Shown here piece after piece: positions 10,389-18,208 of a stretch of 64,000 nucleotides of DNA. Position numbers and translations under genes: made by a program. Numbering within the stretch: position 1 is the stretch's first letter; each line of letters opens with the position of its first letter. The DNA lies in contig CAYRAF010000001.1 in NCBI GenBank assembly GCA_964422195.1, positions 946 through 64,945 of the forward strand, given 5' to 3'. Origin of the DNA: an uncultured Muribaculaceae bacterium (GTDB taxonomy: Bacteria; Bacillota_I; Bacilli_A; RF39; UBA660). Below the pieces are notes generated by a model. It had not been told where the DNA came from and made no database searches. It worked only from the letters and a program-made list of their open reading frames with translations.

Positions 10389-10518
10389 TTATTCTCACCT
10401 ATTATAAATTATACCACAAAATATTCAGAAAATATATGATATTTTTATTAAATTTAAAGTTTATAATAGCCCAGACAATATTTAATCATTATCATACATT
10501 AAAATAACGGAGGTTATT

Positions 10519-11325
10519 ATGTATTCATTTATCTTTAATTTACCATATCCTGTGCAAGCACTACTTGCTGGTATATTTACTTGGGGAATAACGGCTTTAG
10601 GTGCAAGTATTATATTTATGTTCAAAAAAATAAACAAAACTTTTTTAGATGGAATGTTAGGTTTTTCTGCAGGTGTTATGATTGCAGCATCTTTTTTCTC
10701 ATTAATACAACCCGCTATTGAAAAATGTTTAGAATTAAAAATGATGCCTTGGTTAATGGTATCAATAGGCTTTTTATCAGGAGGTTTACTCTTATTTATT
10801 GGAGATAAAATATATGATATTTATAATAAAAAACATCCCCAAAATAAAAAAAACTCAAAAAATGAAAATATAAAACGTTGCATTATGCTAATATTTGCTA
10901 TTACACTACATAACATACCTGAAGGTATGGCAATAGGAATAGCCTTTGGTTCTATTAAATATGGTATGAATACTACTATGGCAGCACTTATTCTAACATT
11001 AGGTATTGGTATTCAAAATTTTCCTGAAGGAAGCGCTATAAGTGTACCATTAGTTAGAGAACATTTTTCTAAGAAAAAAGCATTCTTTCTTGGACAATTA
11101 AGTGCAATTGTTGAACCCATATCAGCATTCTTAGGAGCTTTAATTGTTATAAAAATGAATACTATTTTACCATTTATGTTATCTTTTGCAGCAGGTGCTA
11201 TGATTTATGTTGTTGTGGAAGAATTAATTCCAGAAAGTCAAACTAACGAAAGAAAAGATATTATGGCTTTATTCACCTTAATTGGCTTTTCTATTATGAT
11301 GATTTTAGACGTTGCATTAGGATAA
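10519..11325 (+). CDS. zupT: ZIP-family zinc transporter
   Basis: 8 TM segments. Conserved HNIPEGMAIG and QNFPEG motifs. Confidence 0.8.
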   Translation: MYSFIFNLPYPVQALLAGIFTWGITALGASIIFMFKKINKTFLDGMLGFSAGVMIAASFFSLIQPAIEKCLELKMMPWLMVSIGFLSGGLLLFIGDKIYDIYNKKHPQNKKNSKNENIKRCIMLIFAITLHNIPEGMAIGIAFGSIKYGMNTTMAALILTLGIGIQNFPEGSAISVPLVREHFSKKKAFFLGQLSAIVEPISAFLGALIVIKMNTILPFMLSFAAGAMIYVVVEELIPESQTNERKDIMALFTLIGFSIMMILDVALG

Positions 11326-11356
11326 AAAAAAGAAACTTTTAAGTTTCTTTTCTTTA
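11324..11356. terminator. Bidirectional rho-independent terminator between convergent genes
   Basis: A8-AGAAACTT-TTAA-AAGTTTCT-T4 hairpin, seen in the sequence. Confidence 0.45.
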
Positions 11357-11388
11357 CAATTAAACTACATAATATTCTTAAAACTTAT

Positions 11389-12921
11389 TTACTTCTTGTC
11401 TATCTTATCTTTTACAAAGCTTGCAAGGGCATTATTATCAATTGCATTATTAACCATTTTCATACCAAAACTTTTTGTTTTACCTACTTGCTTTCCTGGG
11501 TTAGTACCATGAACTATAGTATTATTAGCCCCATCCATTCGAGCATTACTAAGACCTTTCTTGGTTTTAATGAAATCATCAACCTGTCTTAGGTTAGTCA
11601 TATCACGTTTTGTTTCTTTTTCATATGTATGTCTAGCTCCAGTATTACGATATTTAGCATATATAATACCAAAGTAAATAAAACCACCAAATAGGAATAA
11701 CCAACTATAATCAGAATCAACAAAGAACATCATTAAGAAACATAATATTTCTATAATAGTTGAAATACCAACTAGTTTAGGCATATGAATAGGAACACTT
11801 CCCATTGTTTCTTTTGTTCTAGCATTAACTGCAACATAGTGAAGTAATTTTTTATCCCCACTAACCTGTTGATAACTATATAGCCATACTGGCAAATATG
11901 CTGCTTGCCATTGCTGACCTTTAGTATTCATATCTTCACTGGACCAAGCAACTCCACGATCATATTGCTTTAATGTATCATTTGCTGCAAAACGAGCAAC
12001 ATCTTTTGCTTGAGTATCCACTAATGTTTGTAAATCATCTATATTTGTATCACGCTTTTCAGAAGTATATCCTTTTAAATAATTAGCATTATATTTAACA
12101 CAATTTTCTGTATCAAAAGGCATAATAGCATTAATAATATTATTGGTTTTTTCTTTTGATGTAGTATTCAAGCGATCTGAACTTGATTCAACCGATAATC
12201 CTTGTATAGTTAAATCAAATTCTCTTTCTACATGATATAAATCAGCATCATATCTAGCTTCTTGATCATCACCAGAACCTACATAATACTTTCTTCTTAG
12301 ATGTTCTCCTTCACCATTTAAATTAACATGAGCATTAACATCAACTAACATATATGGAAAATATACTCCCATAATATTATTTGTAGTAAACTCAGCTTTA
12401 AATTTTGGATGAGCAAAAAATTTTCTTTTTCCAACAAATTGTTCAATAGAAACTTGTGCATCATTTTTAGTAACATTAAAAGGTAATACAACATCTGGAA
12501 CAGCGCCGTTTGGTATTTGCTCATTAACAGATAACGTATTTCTACACCAGTGACATCTAGCTTGGTTAGCAGAAGCTGTATCAATAACAACTTCTGCACC
12601 ACAACTACTACACTTAAATGTTAATACATCTTTAGTATCAGCCACTATATTTTGAGCACCTGAACCAATTACTTTTCCTTTTAATGAACTAATATCTTCC
12701 ACCATTCCTTTTACCTTTTCAGGTTCAAATTCATGGCGACAAAAGTTACATCTTAGTTTTCCATTTTTTACATTTGTTTCTATATCTGTTGCTCCACACT
12801 TTGGACATTTGTTTTGTCCATCTTTTGCTCCTACATCTGTTTTAATAACAGTTGTTTCTGAAGATGTAGTAGGAACTTCTTTATTCTCTGGAGCAGCCAC
12901 CTTACTATCATCATTATTCAT
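11389..12921 (-). CDS. YdjG/YdjH-like protein: two N-terminal zinc ribbons plus C-terminal TM helices
   Basis: CPKCG...CNFC and CSSCG...CHWC ribbons. C-terminal hydrophobic helices. Sits upstream of, and in an operon with, the SPFH protein, as in the B. subtilis pspA-ydjGHI arrangement. Confidence 0.5.
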   Translation of the reverse strand: MNNDDSKVAAPENKEVPTTSSETTVIKTDVGAKDGQNKCPKCGATDIETNVKNGKLRCNFCRHEFEPEKVKGMVEDISSLKGKVIGSGAQNIVADTKDVLTFKCSSCGAEVVIDTASANQARCHWCRNTLSVNEQIPNGAVPDVVLPFNVTKNDAQVSIEQFVGKRKFFAHPKFKAEFTTNNIMGVYFPYMLVDVNAHVNLNGEGEHLRRKYYVGSGDDQEARYDADLYHVEREFDLTIQGLSVESSSDRLNTTSKEKTNNIINAIMPFDTENCVKYNANYLKGYTSEKRDTNIDDLQTLVDTQAKDVARFAANDTLKQYDRGVAWSSEDMNTKGQQWQAAYLPVWLYSYQQVSGDKKLLHYVAVNARTKETMGSVPIHMPKLVGISTIIEILCFLMMFFVDSDYSWLFLFGGFIYFGIIYAKYRNTGARHTYEKETKRDMTNLRQVDDFIKTKKGLSNARMDGANNTIVHGTNPGKQVGKTKSFGMKMVNNAIDNNALASFVKDKIDKK

Positions 12922-12924
12922 AAG

Positions 12925-14151
12925 CTATAGTCCTAAAACTTCTGCTTTTACTTTATCATATTCTTCTTGTGAAATAGCTCCAGCATCAAGAAGTTTTTTC
13001 ATTTCTAATAGCTTTGCAGTTGGATCTTGAGCTGGTGCAGCTTGAGTTTCTGGTGCTGCAGCAGGTTGTTGATTAAATCCTGGTTGGTAAGCAGGTGGAG
13101 TATTAGGTTGTTGCATACCTCCCATCATACCACCGGCAGCATTCATACCCATTCCCATAAAGGCCATACCTGCTCCTCCTCCGTTTTCTCCAGCAGCTTG
13201 CATACCACGAGCAACAGATTGTTGCATAAACGCATTTCCTCTTGCTCCACTTAATGCATCAGCAGATTTAACATCTTTCATTAATTGTTTAGTATCTTCA
13301 TCATATTCAATAGCTAAAATAGCTGTTTTTACGATTTCAAGTCCACGATCAGTTTTCCATTGATAAGCATCTTCTACAGCTTGAGCCATAGCTTGTGCAA
13401 ATCCAATTTGATCTCCTTGAATCTTAGAAATTCTATTTCCTTTTGAAGGATCATTTGTATAATTTGAGAATGCAGCAGATAATGTACCAACTACTTCATT
13501 AAATAATTGTTCTCCTGCAGGATTATCCATATCTGCAAAATCAAATATTGGTGCTCCTGGCTGTAAATAAGATGCAGGAACAAAGTTCTTAACAAATAGT
13601 AATGGATCTACTATTTTTAATGTATAAGTACCACGAGTTACAGCTCCTACTTGTGTACCAAAGAAAGCATCATCCCAATATATTTCAGATTGTGTTCCAA
13701 ATCTGTTATTAGGAATTTCCTTTAAATTAACATAGAATGCTAATTGTTGTGCTCCTGGTTGACCACCAAATTTTACCTTTTCCCATGTAGACTTAATTGT
13801 TTGTCCAAAAATACCATCTCCAGCAAACATAGATTTTGAATTAGGATCATCAGATCTATATTCAAATCCACCTGCTTCGGCCACTATACCTGTTATTTGT
13901 CCATCTTGCATTGTAATTAATGCAGTGCCTTCAGGTACAATTATTTTACTTCCGTTTGTAATAATATTTTCATTACCTTTTGTGTTTTCTCCTCTTCCGT
14001 TATTTGTTCCTTGTGGAACAGCTTGAAATACTGCAGCTGTTGGTGTAATATCACTTCTTGGTGTATAAAAATCTTTCCATTGATCAGCAAAGGTTCCACC
14101 CAAAGCTCCAGAAAACGCTTTAATAAATCCCATAAAATACCTCCTTATCAT
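12925..14151 (-). CDS. SPFH/band-7-like protein (COG4260 virion-core-like, YdjI-like) with Gly/Met-rich linker and C-terminal SHOCT domain
   Basis: Matches the YdjI family pattern. The C-terminus (LLEMKKLLDAGAISQEEYDKVKAEVL) is a typical SHOCT domain. Confidence 0.6.
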   Translation of the reverse strand: MIRRYFMGFIKAFSGALGGTFADQWKDFYTPRSDITPTAAVFQAVPQGTNNGRGENTKGNENIITNGSKIIVPEGTALITMQDGQITGIVAEAGGFEYRSDDPNSKSMFAGDGIFGQTIKSTWEKVKFGGQPGAQQLAFYVNLKEIPNNRFGTQSEIYWDDAFFGTQVGAVTRGTYTLKIVDPLLFVKNFVPASYLQPGAPIFDFADMDNPAGEQLFNEVVGTLSAAFSNYTNDPSKGNRISKIQGDQIGFAQAMAQAVEDAYQWKTDRGLEIVKTAILAIEYDEDTKQLMKDVKSADALSGARGNAFMQQSVARGMQAAGENGGGAGMAFMGMGMNAAGGMMGGMQQPNTPPAYQPGFNQQPAAAPETQAAPAQDPTAKLLEMKKLLDAGAISQEEYDKVKAEVLGL

Positions 14152-14312
14152 TTTAAGATTTATTTAATAGATAGATAAAATTCATTATCATCCCTATCCT
14201 TTTTAATTATATCATATTTTTTTATATTTAGAATTAAAAAAAACATCGAATTTATTTCAATGTTTTTTATTGATTTTATCCTAATAATTTCTAGTTTAAA
14301 GATCCAAGCACA

Positions 14313-14930
14313 TTATTTTATTTCTATATTAATAAGTTCATTATTATCATCAAACTCCAATTTAAAAATTTCACAATTTTTTATTACCCCTTCTAATAAT
14401 ATTTTACATTTATAACTATATCTTAATTTATCATCAACAAGTTCAATATCACACCATTTTCTTAATAAATATGAAATAGCTGTAGCATGACTAACAATTG
14501 CAATTCTTTTTTCTTTACATTCATTTAAAATTTTCATAATTATAGCGTACATTCTATTCCTTACTTCTTTTTGACTTTCACCATTACCATATTTATAATT
14601 TTCATCTAAGAACTGTTTTCTTTCAAAGTTTTCAGGTAATTCTCCCCAATATGATATTCCAAATTTTCTTTCTCCTAAATCGCTAACTACATTTATCTCT
14701 AAATCATTTTTTTCTGCAATATATTTAGCCGTTTGAATAGTCCTAACATAATTTGAAGAAAACAAAACATCAATGTTAGTTAATTCTTTAGATGTAAGCT
14801 TTTCCTTTGCTAAATTCTCTCCTTCTATCGAAAGACAATACTTTTCGTTTTGAAGCTGCATTTTATCACTATTGTATTCATTATTAACTAAGAAAGCTTT
14901 TGAATGCCTTATTAAGTATAATGTTGTCAT
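14313..14930 (-). CDS. Histidine phosphatase family protein (PGM-like)
   Basis: N-terminal LYLIRHSKA (RHG-type motif). Later SHATAI His motif. Confidence 0.7.
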   Translation of the reverse strand: MTTLYLIRHSKAFLVNNEYNSDKMQLQNEKYCLSIEGENLAKEKLTSKELTNIDVLFSSNYVRTIQTAKYIAEKNDLEINVVSDLGERKFGISYWGELPENFERKQFLDENYKYGNGESQKEVRNRMYAIIMKILNECKEKRIAIVSHATAISYLLRKWCDIELVDDKLRYSYKCKILLEGVIKNCEIFKLEFDDNNELINIEIK

Positions 14931-14975
14931 AAATTAATTACCTCCATATAATTATTAAAAACTAGTTTTATATAC

Positions 14976-15449
14976 TTAGTATATAATTTTATCATCTTTT
15001 TCTAAAAAGTCATTAAATGTTTTTATAGTTTCATCTCTATAAATAGATTTTAATTCTAATTTATCACTATTAGATTTTATTTCTATTCCTTTAATGAAGT
15101 CATATATATAATCATCTTTAAAACCAATTTTAGCAGCATCATCAGTAGTATTTCCATAATATACAATTTTGATATTAGCCCAGATTATAGCAGATAAACA
15201 CATTGGACAAGGATAACAAGTTGTATATAATTCACATTCACTCAAATCATAAGAACCTAGAAATTTACAAGCATTCCTTATAGCAACTATTTCTGCATGT
15301 GCAGTAGGATCGTTAGAGCTTAAAACTTGATTTGACCCCTTTCCTATAATCTTACCATCTTTTACAACACAAGCTCCAAAAGGACCTCCAGCATTTGTTT
15401 TTAAATTTTCTTCTGCTAATTCCTTAGCCTCTTCCATATATTTATTCAT
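14976..15449 (-). CDS. guaD: Guanine deaminase (CDA fold, GuaD-like)
   Basis: GGPFGACVVKDG...SNDPTAHAEIVAIRNACK...CYPCPMCLSAI aligns closely with B. subtilis GuaD. 157 aa. Confidence 0.75.
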   Translation of the reverse strand: MNKYMEEAKELAEENLKTNAGGPFGACVVKDGKIIGKGSNQVLSSNDPTAHAEIVAIRNACKFLGSYDLSECELYTTCYPCPMCLSAIIWANIKIVYYGNTTDDAAKIGFKDDYIYDFIKGIEIKSNSDKLELKSIYRDETIKTFNDFLEKDDKIIY

Positions 15450-15489
15450 ATTATCTCCTATATCCTCTTATCAATATCTTAGTATTTTT

Positions 15490-15930
15490 CTATTTTGTTT
15501 TGTAATTTTTTAAAAATACTTCTAATTGTTCTTTATTATCAAAAATATCTTCAAAAATATTATACAATGTATCGGTAGTTTCATATTCACCTATTGCATA
15601 GCATTTTTTCCCTAATCCATAGGCTATCCCTGATTCAATATGCGCAGCTTTTCCTGCAGGTAAAACTAATAATAAATTCCTAGAACTTTTCTCTCCCTCT
15701 AAATCATCATGAAAAAGATTCAATACAATATCACTTTTTAACCCTAATGATTCAAATTCCTGCTGTCTTTCTTCTGGTGTTTGATCTTTATTACCATATC
15801 CCCAATTATCCTCATTTTTTAAAAAGCAATAATAAGAAATACTATATTTATCAAACATATCACAAATTCTTAATATATTATCTTTATTTCTTGCTCTACC
15901 TGCAATAAAAAATTCATATTTAATATCCAT
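15490..15930 (-). CDS. Nucleoside 2-deoxyribosyltransferase-like protein
   Basis: N-terminal FFIAGRAR and C-terminal HIESGIAYGLGKKCY resemble the DRTase-fold motifs (AGP...E.G.A.GKP). Confidence 0.5.
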   Translation of the reverse strand: MDIKYEFFIAGRARNKDNILRICDMFDKYSISYYCFLKNEDNWGYGNKDQTPEERQQEFESLGLKSDIVLNLFHDDLEGEKSSRNLLLVLPAGKAAHIESGIAYGLGKKCYAIGEYETTDTLYNIFEDIFDNKEQLEVFLKNYKTK

Positions 15931-16057
15931 ATTACCAACTCCAATATAATTATATCATATAAATTCTTAATTTGTTCACCTAGCTTGTTCTACTAGCTTA
16001 AGATAAATAAAGGGTTTGTAAAGTTTTGTAGCCTACATAACAGGGTTCCAATGTTCT
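15931..16057 (-). repeat. Leader/promoter module copy A. Contains a GTAGGCTAC palindrome, GCTAG-N2-GAAC direct repeats, an extended -10 TGATATAAT and a GGAG RBS.
   Basis: Near-identical to the copy at 18209-18335 and related to the copy at 17157-17290. Each sits immediately 5' of a minus-strand gene. Confidence 0.6.
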
Positions 16058-16101
16058 TATTGATATCTTAGTAATTTTTTACATATTTTTAAATTATATT
16101 A

Positions 16102-16130
16102 TTGATTACAGAACATTTGTTTGCTATAAT
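16102..16130 (+). promoter_or_regulatory. Sigma-A-type promoter for the small toxin-like mRNA: TTGATT-17 nt-TGcTATAAT
   Basis: Seen in the sequence. The predicted TSS at about 16138 coincides with the start of a 12-nt sequence (GGATACGTTTGA) that is complementary to 16360-16371. Confidence 0.45.
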
Positions 16131-16195
16131 ATATCTTGGATACGTTTGAAATATATCAGATGTTTTCCCTTCTAATTAAGAAGGGAGGTGGTATC

Positions 16196-16285
16196 GTGAC
16201 TAAAAGAGAGAAATCTCTATTTTTCATTATACTCCTTCTATTTATTATAATATTTATACTCTTGTATATTTTATTTTTTAGATAG
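16196..16285 (+). CDS. 29-aa hydrophobic peptide VTKREKSLFFIILLLFIIIFILLYILFFR. Candidate type I toxin.
   Basis: Strong SD AAGGGAGGTG, 5-nt spacer, GTG start. The SD is sequestered by the upstream CCCTTC/GAAGGG hairpin. Single TM helix with a charged N-terminus. Not in the ORF track because it is too short. Confidence 0.45.
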   Translation: MTKREKSLFFIILLLFIIIFILLYILFFR

Positions 16286-16287
16286 AA

Positions 16288-16399
16288 ATTAAAAACATCT
16301 GATTTCAACAATCGTTGACTTCAGATGCTATCCCAAGGGATTACGTCTGATTCGAGCAATCAAACGTATCCTTTTTTATTATATGAAGTTTCCCTCATC
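16288..16399 (-). ncRNA. Putative antisense antitoxin sRNA convergent with the toxin mRNA 3' UTR
   Basis: Minus-strand promoter TTGATA-17 nt-TGaTATAGT (plus coordinates 16435-16407). The minus-strand terminator hairpin CATCTGA...TCAGATG (16296-16327) is followed by a T-run, right next to the toxin stop codon. Overlap with the toxin mRNA is about 90 nt. Confidence 0.3.
16338..16378 (+). terminator. Putative terminator of the toxin mRNA, also the 3' half of the 5'/3' terminal pairing
   Basis: GGAT(T)ACGT...ACGTATCC followed by TTTTTT, seen in the sequence. Confidence 0.35.
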
Positions 16400-16478
16400 T
16401 GTATACACTATATCATAAATTTGAATTTTTATCAAGTTCTATAAACTTCTATCAATATCTTAGTGTTTTTTTATTATT

Positions 16479-17156
16479 TTATTTTTTTAATTTTCTTAGT
16501 GTTAAGACATGCCAGTTTTTCTGTTCTTTTCCACCTTCGTTATGATATTCTTCAATTTCAAATAAATTTTTTCTTAAGTTATCAATATCCTCTTTACTAA
16601 AATAAGCAAAAAATCTTTTTTCTTTTGTTTGTTTATCCTCTAAAATTTTATAATTATATTTAGTTCCATTAGGAAGAATCTCTGCTTCTGGATGAACTTC
16701 TGCGTTTTGAAAATTAATTATTAATAATCCATTATCTGATAATCCATTATATGCTACATCAAACAATTTTTTCATATCATCCATATCCAAATGCGGATTT
16801 CTCCATGATACTATAAGATCTGCTTTAAAAGCAAAAGTATCATCATACTCGTCAGATAAAAAATTATACTTTTTAACTTTTTTAATGCCAATTCTTTCTT
16901 GTTCGTTTAAAAAAGCATCAACAGTGTCCGTAGCTATAACATCATAACCTGCAGATTGAAGCATAAAAGCAAGCTGTCCACAACCACTTCCAAATTCAAT
17001 TATTTTTTTATTCTTATCTTTTTGTAGACCAGCATCTACATAGTTAAATAATCTTTCCCATTTTTCTGTTTCAGGCTCAATTTTATTTTGTTCTATATAT
17101 TCAAGTGCTCCACCAGAATTATACATATTTATAGTTTTTGAATTATGTTGGCTCAT
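16479..17156 (-). CDS. Class I SAM-dependent methyltransferase
   Basis: Motif I IIEFGSGCGQLAF, acidic motif II VIATD. 225 aa. Confidence 0.8.
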   Translation of the reverse strand: MSQHNSKTINMYNSGGALEYIEQNKIEPETEKWERLFNYVDAGLQKDKNKKIIEFGSGCGQLAFMLQSAGYDVIATDTVDAFLNEQERIGIKKVKKYNFLSDEYDDTFAFKADLIVSWRNPHLDMDDMKKLFDVAYNGLSDNGLLIINFQNAEVHPEAEILPNGTKYNYKILEDKQTKEKRFFAYFSKEDIDNLRKNLFEIEEYHNEGGKEQKNWHVLTLRKLKK

Positions 17157-17290
17157 ACAATATACCTCCTATATATGTATATATATAATACCATAGTAAT
17201 TGCTACTTTGTCACCTAGCTGGTTCTATTAGTCTAAAATAGATAAAGGTTTTGTGAAGTTCTGTAGCCTACGGCCTCTAAAAAGTGTATA
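17157..17290 (-). repeat. Leader/promoter module copy B (diverged), with GTAGGCTAC
   Basis: Shares the GTAGGCTACAGAACTTCACAAAACCTTTATCTATTTTAGACTAATAGAACCAGCTAGGTGA core (minus sense) with copies A and C. Confidence 0.5.
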
Positions 17291-17309
17291 TTTTTAATAT
17301 TTAGGCATA

Positions 17310-17334
17310 GAAAAAAGCCCGCAAATACGGACTT
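17310..17334 (-). terminator. Rho-independent terminator. A paralogous copy of the rpsI terminator, preceded by a duplicated rpsI 3'-end fragment.
   Basis: Minus strand GTCCGTATTTGCGGGC + T6. The upstream 21 nt (AATTTAGTAAGAGATAGGAAA) are identical to the last codons and stop of rpsI. Confidence 0.5.
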
Positions 17335-17464
17335 TCCAAAAGCTTTCCTATCTCTTACTAAATTAGCGTCACTTTATTTATGCGAGTTTACGGACATTTT
17401 GTAGCCTACTCGTAGCCTATTCTTAGTAGTACCTTAGTAATTTTCTTCTTTTCTATATATATTA

Positions 17465-18208
17465 TTAATATCCTCCATCAATTACCAATATTTCACTATT
17501 AACATAGCTTGATTCATCACTTGATAAATAATAAATTGTTTTTGCAATTTCTTCTGGTTTAGCAAATCTTTCTAAATATATTTTAGCATTTTCATCATCT
17601 ATATATTCTTGCGGCAATTCTTTATTCATATCAGTATCTGCCCAACCAATTGCAACTGCATTTACTCTAATGTTTGGCTTAAACTGATATGATAAATCTC
17701 TAGTAAGACTCTGTAATCCTATTTTAGAGACATTGTAATCTAAACATTCAGGAGAAATAGTTTTTGTACCATTGGTAGATGAGACATTTACTATAGTACT
17801 ACCCTTTTTCATATATTTTGAAGCCTCTCTTGAAACAATGAAGGCACCAATTACATTTACTTCTAATGTTCTTTTAAACTCCTCAACAGTAATACTTTCA
17901 AAATCTCTATCAAATACAATTCCTGCATTATTAACTACAGCATCAATTCTACCAAATACATTTATTATTTGCTCAATCATATTTTTTACTTCTAATTCGT
18001 TAGACACGTCAGCTTTAATTGCTAATGCTTTATTGTTAAATTCTTTTTCAACATATTCTTTCAATTCATCTGCAGCACTTGCAATTTTATTATAATTAAT
18101 AACGACATTATAGCCTTCTGAAGCAAACTTAATTATAGTAGCTTTGCCTATTCCTCTAGCACTACCAGTTACTAAAACAACTTTTTTATCCATTATTATC
18201 AACTCCAA
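17465..18208 (-). CDS. Short-chain dehydrogenase/reductase (SDR, FabG-like)
   Basis: TGSARGIGKA cofactor motif, NAG, YNVSK catalytic motif. Confidence 0.8.
   Translation of the reverse strand: MELIIMDKKVVLVTGSARGIGKATIIKFASEGYNVVINYNKIASAADELKEYVEKEFNNKALAIKADVSNELEVKNMIEQIINVFGRIDAVVNNAGIVFDRDFESITVEEFKRTLEVNVIGAFIVSREASKYMKKGSTIVNVSSTNGTKTISPECLDYNVSKIGLQSLTRDLSYQFKPNIRVNAVAIGWADTDMNKELPQEYIDDENAKIYLERFAKPEEIAKTIYYLSSDESSYVNSEILVIDGGY

Noticed and set aside
10389-10518. Zur box upstream of the ZIP zinc transporter
   Set aside because: No TCGTAAT-N-ATTACGA-like palindrome is recognisable in the divergent intergenic region.
12345-13254. ORF-track entries 12345-12602(-), 12809-13030(+), 13027-13254(+), and similar short ORFs elsewhere: 17772-18095, 18397-18606, 24920-25198, 28141-28440, 28963-29214, 35024-35209, 35815-35997, 36633-36860, 40066-40251, 42376-42684, 42762-42977, 43918-44139, 44497-44745, 46130-46345, 50460-50702, 51608-51790, 53222-53446, 58841-59071, 59940-60170, 61977-62171
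   Set aside because: All lie inside or antisense to long, well-supported genes. Their low-complexity or odd composition is typical of out-of-frame or antisense readings in an AT-rich genome. No RBS or other independent support.
17245-17275. Rex box (TTGTGAA-N4-TTCACAA) in leader copy B
   Set aside because: Only the left half-site TTGTGAA is present. The right half is GTAGCC, not TTCACAA, and the other copies lack even the left half.
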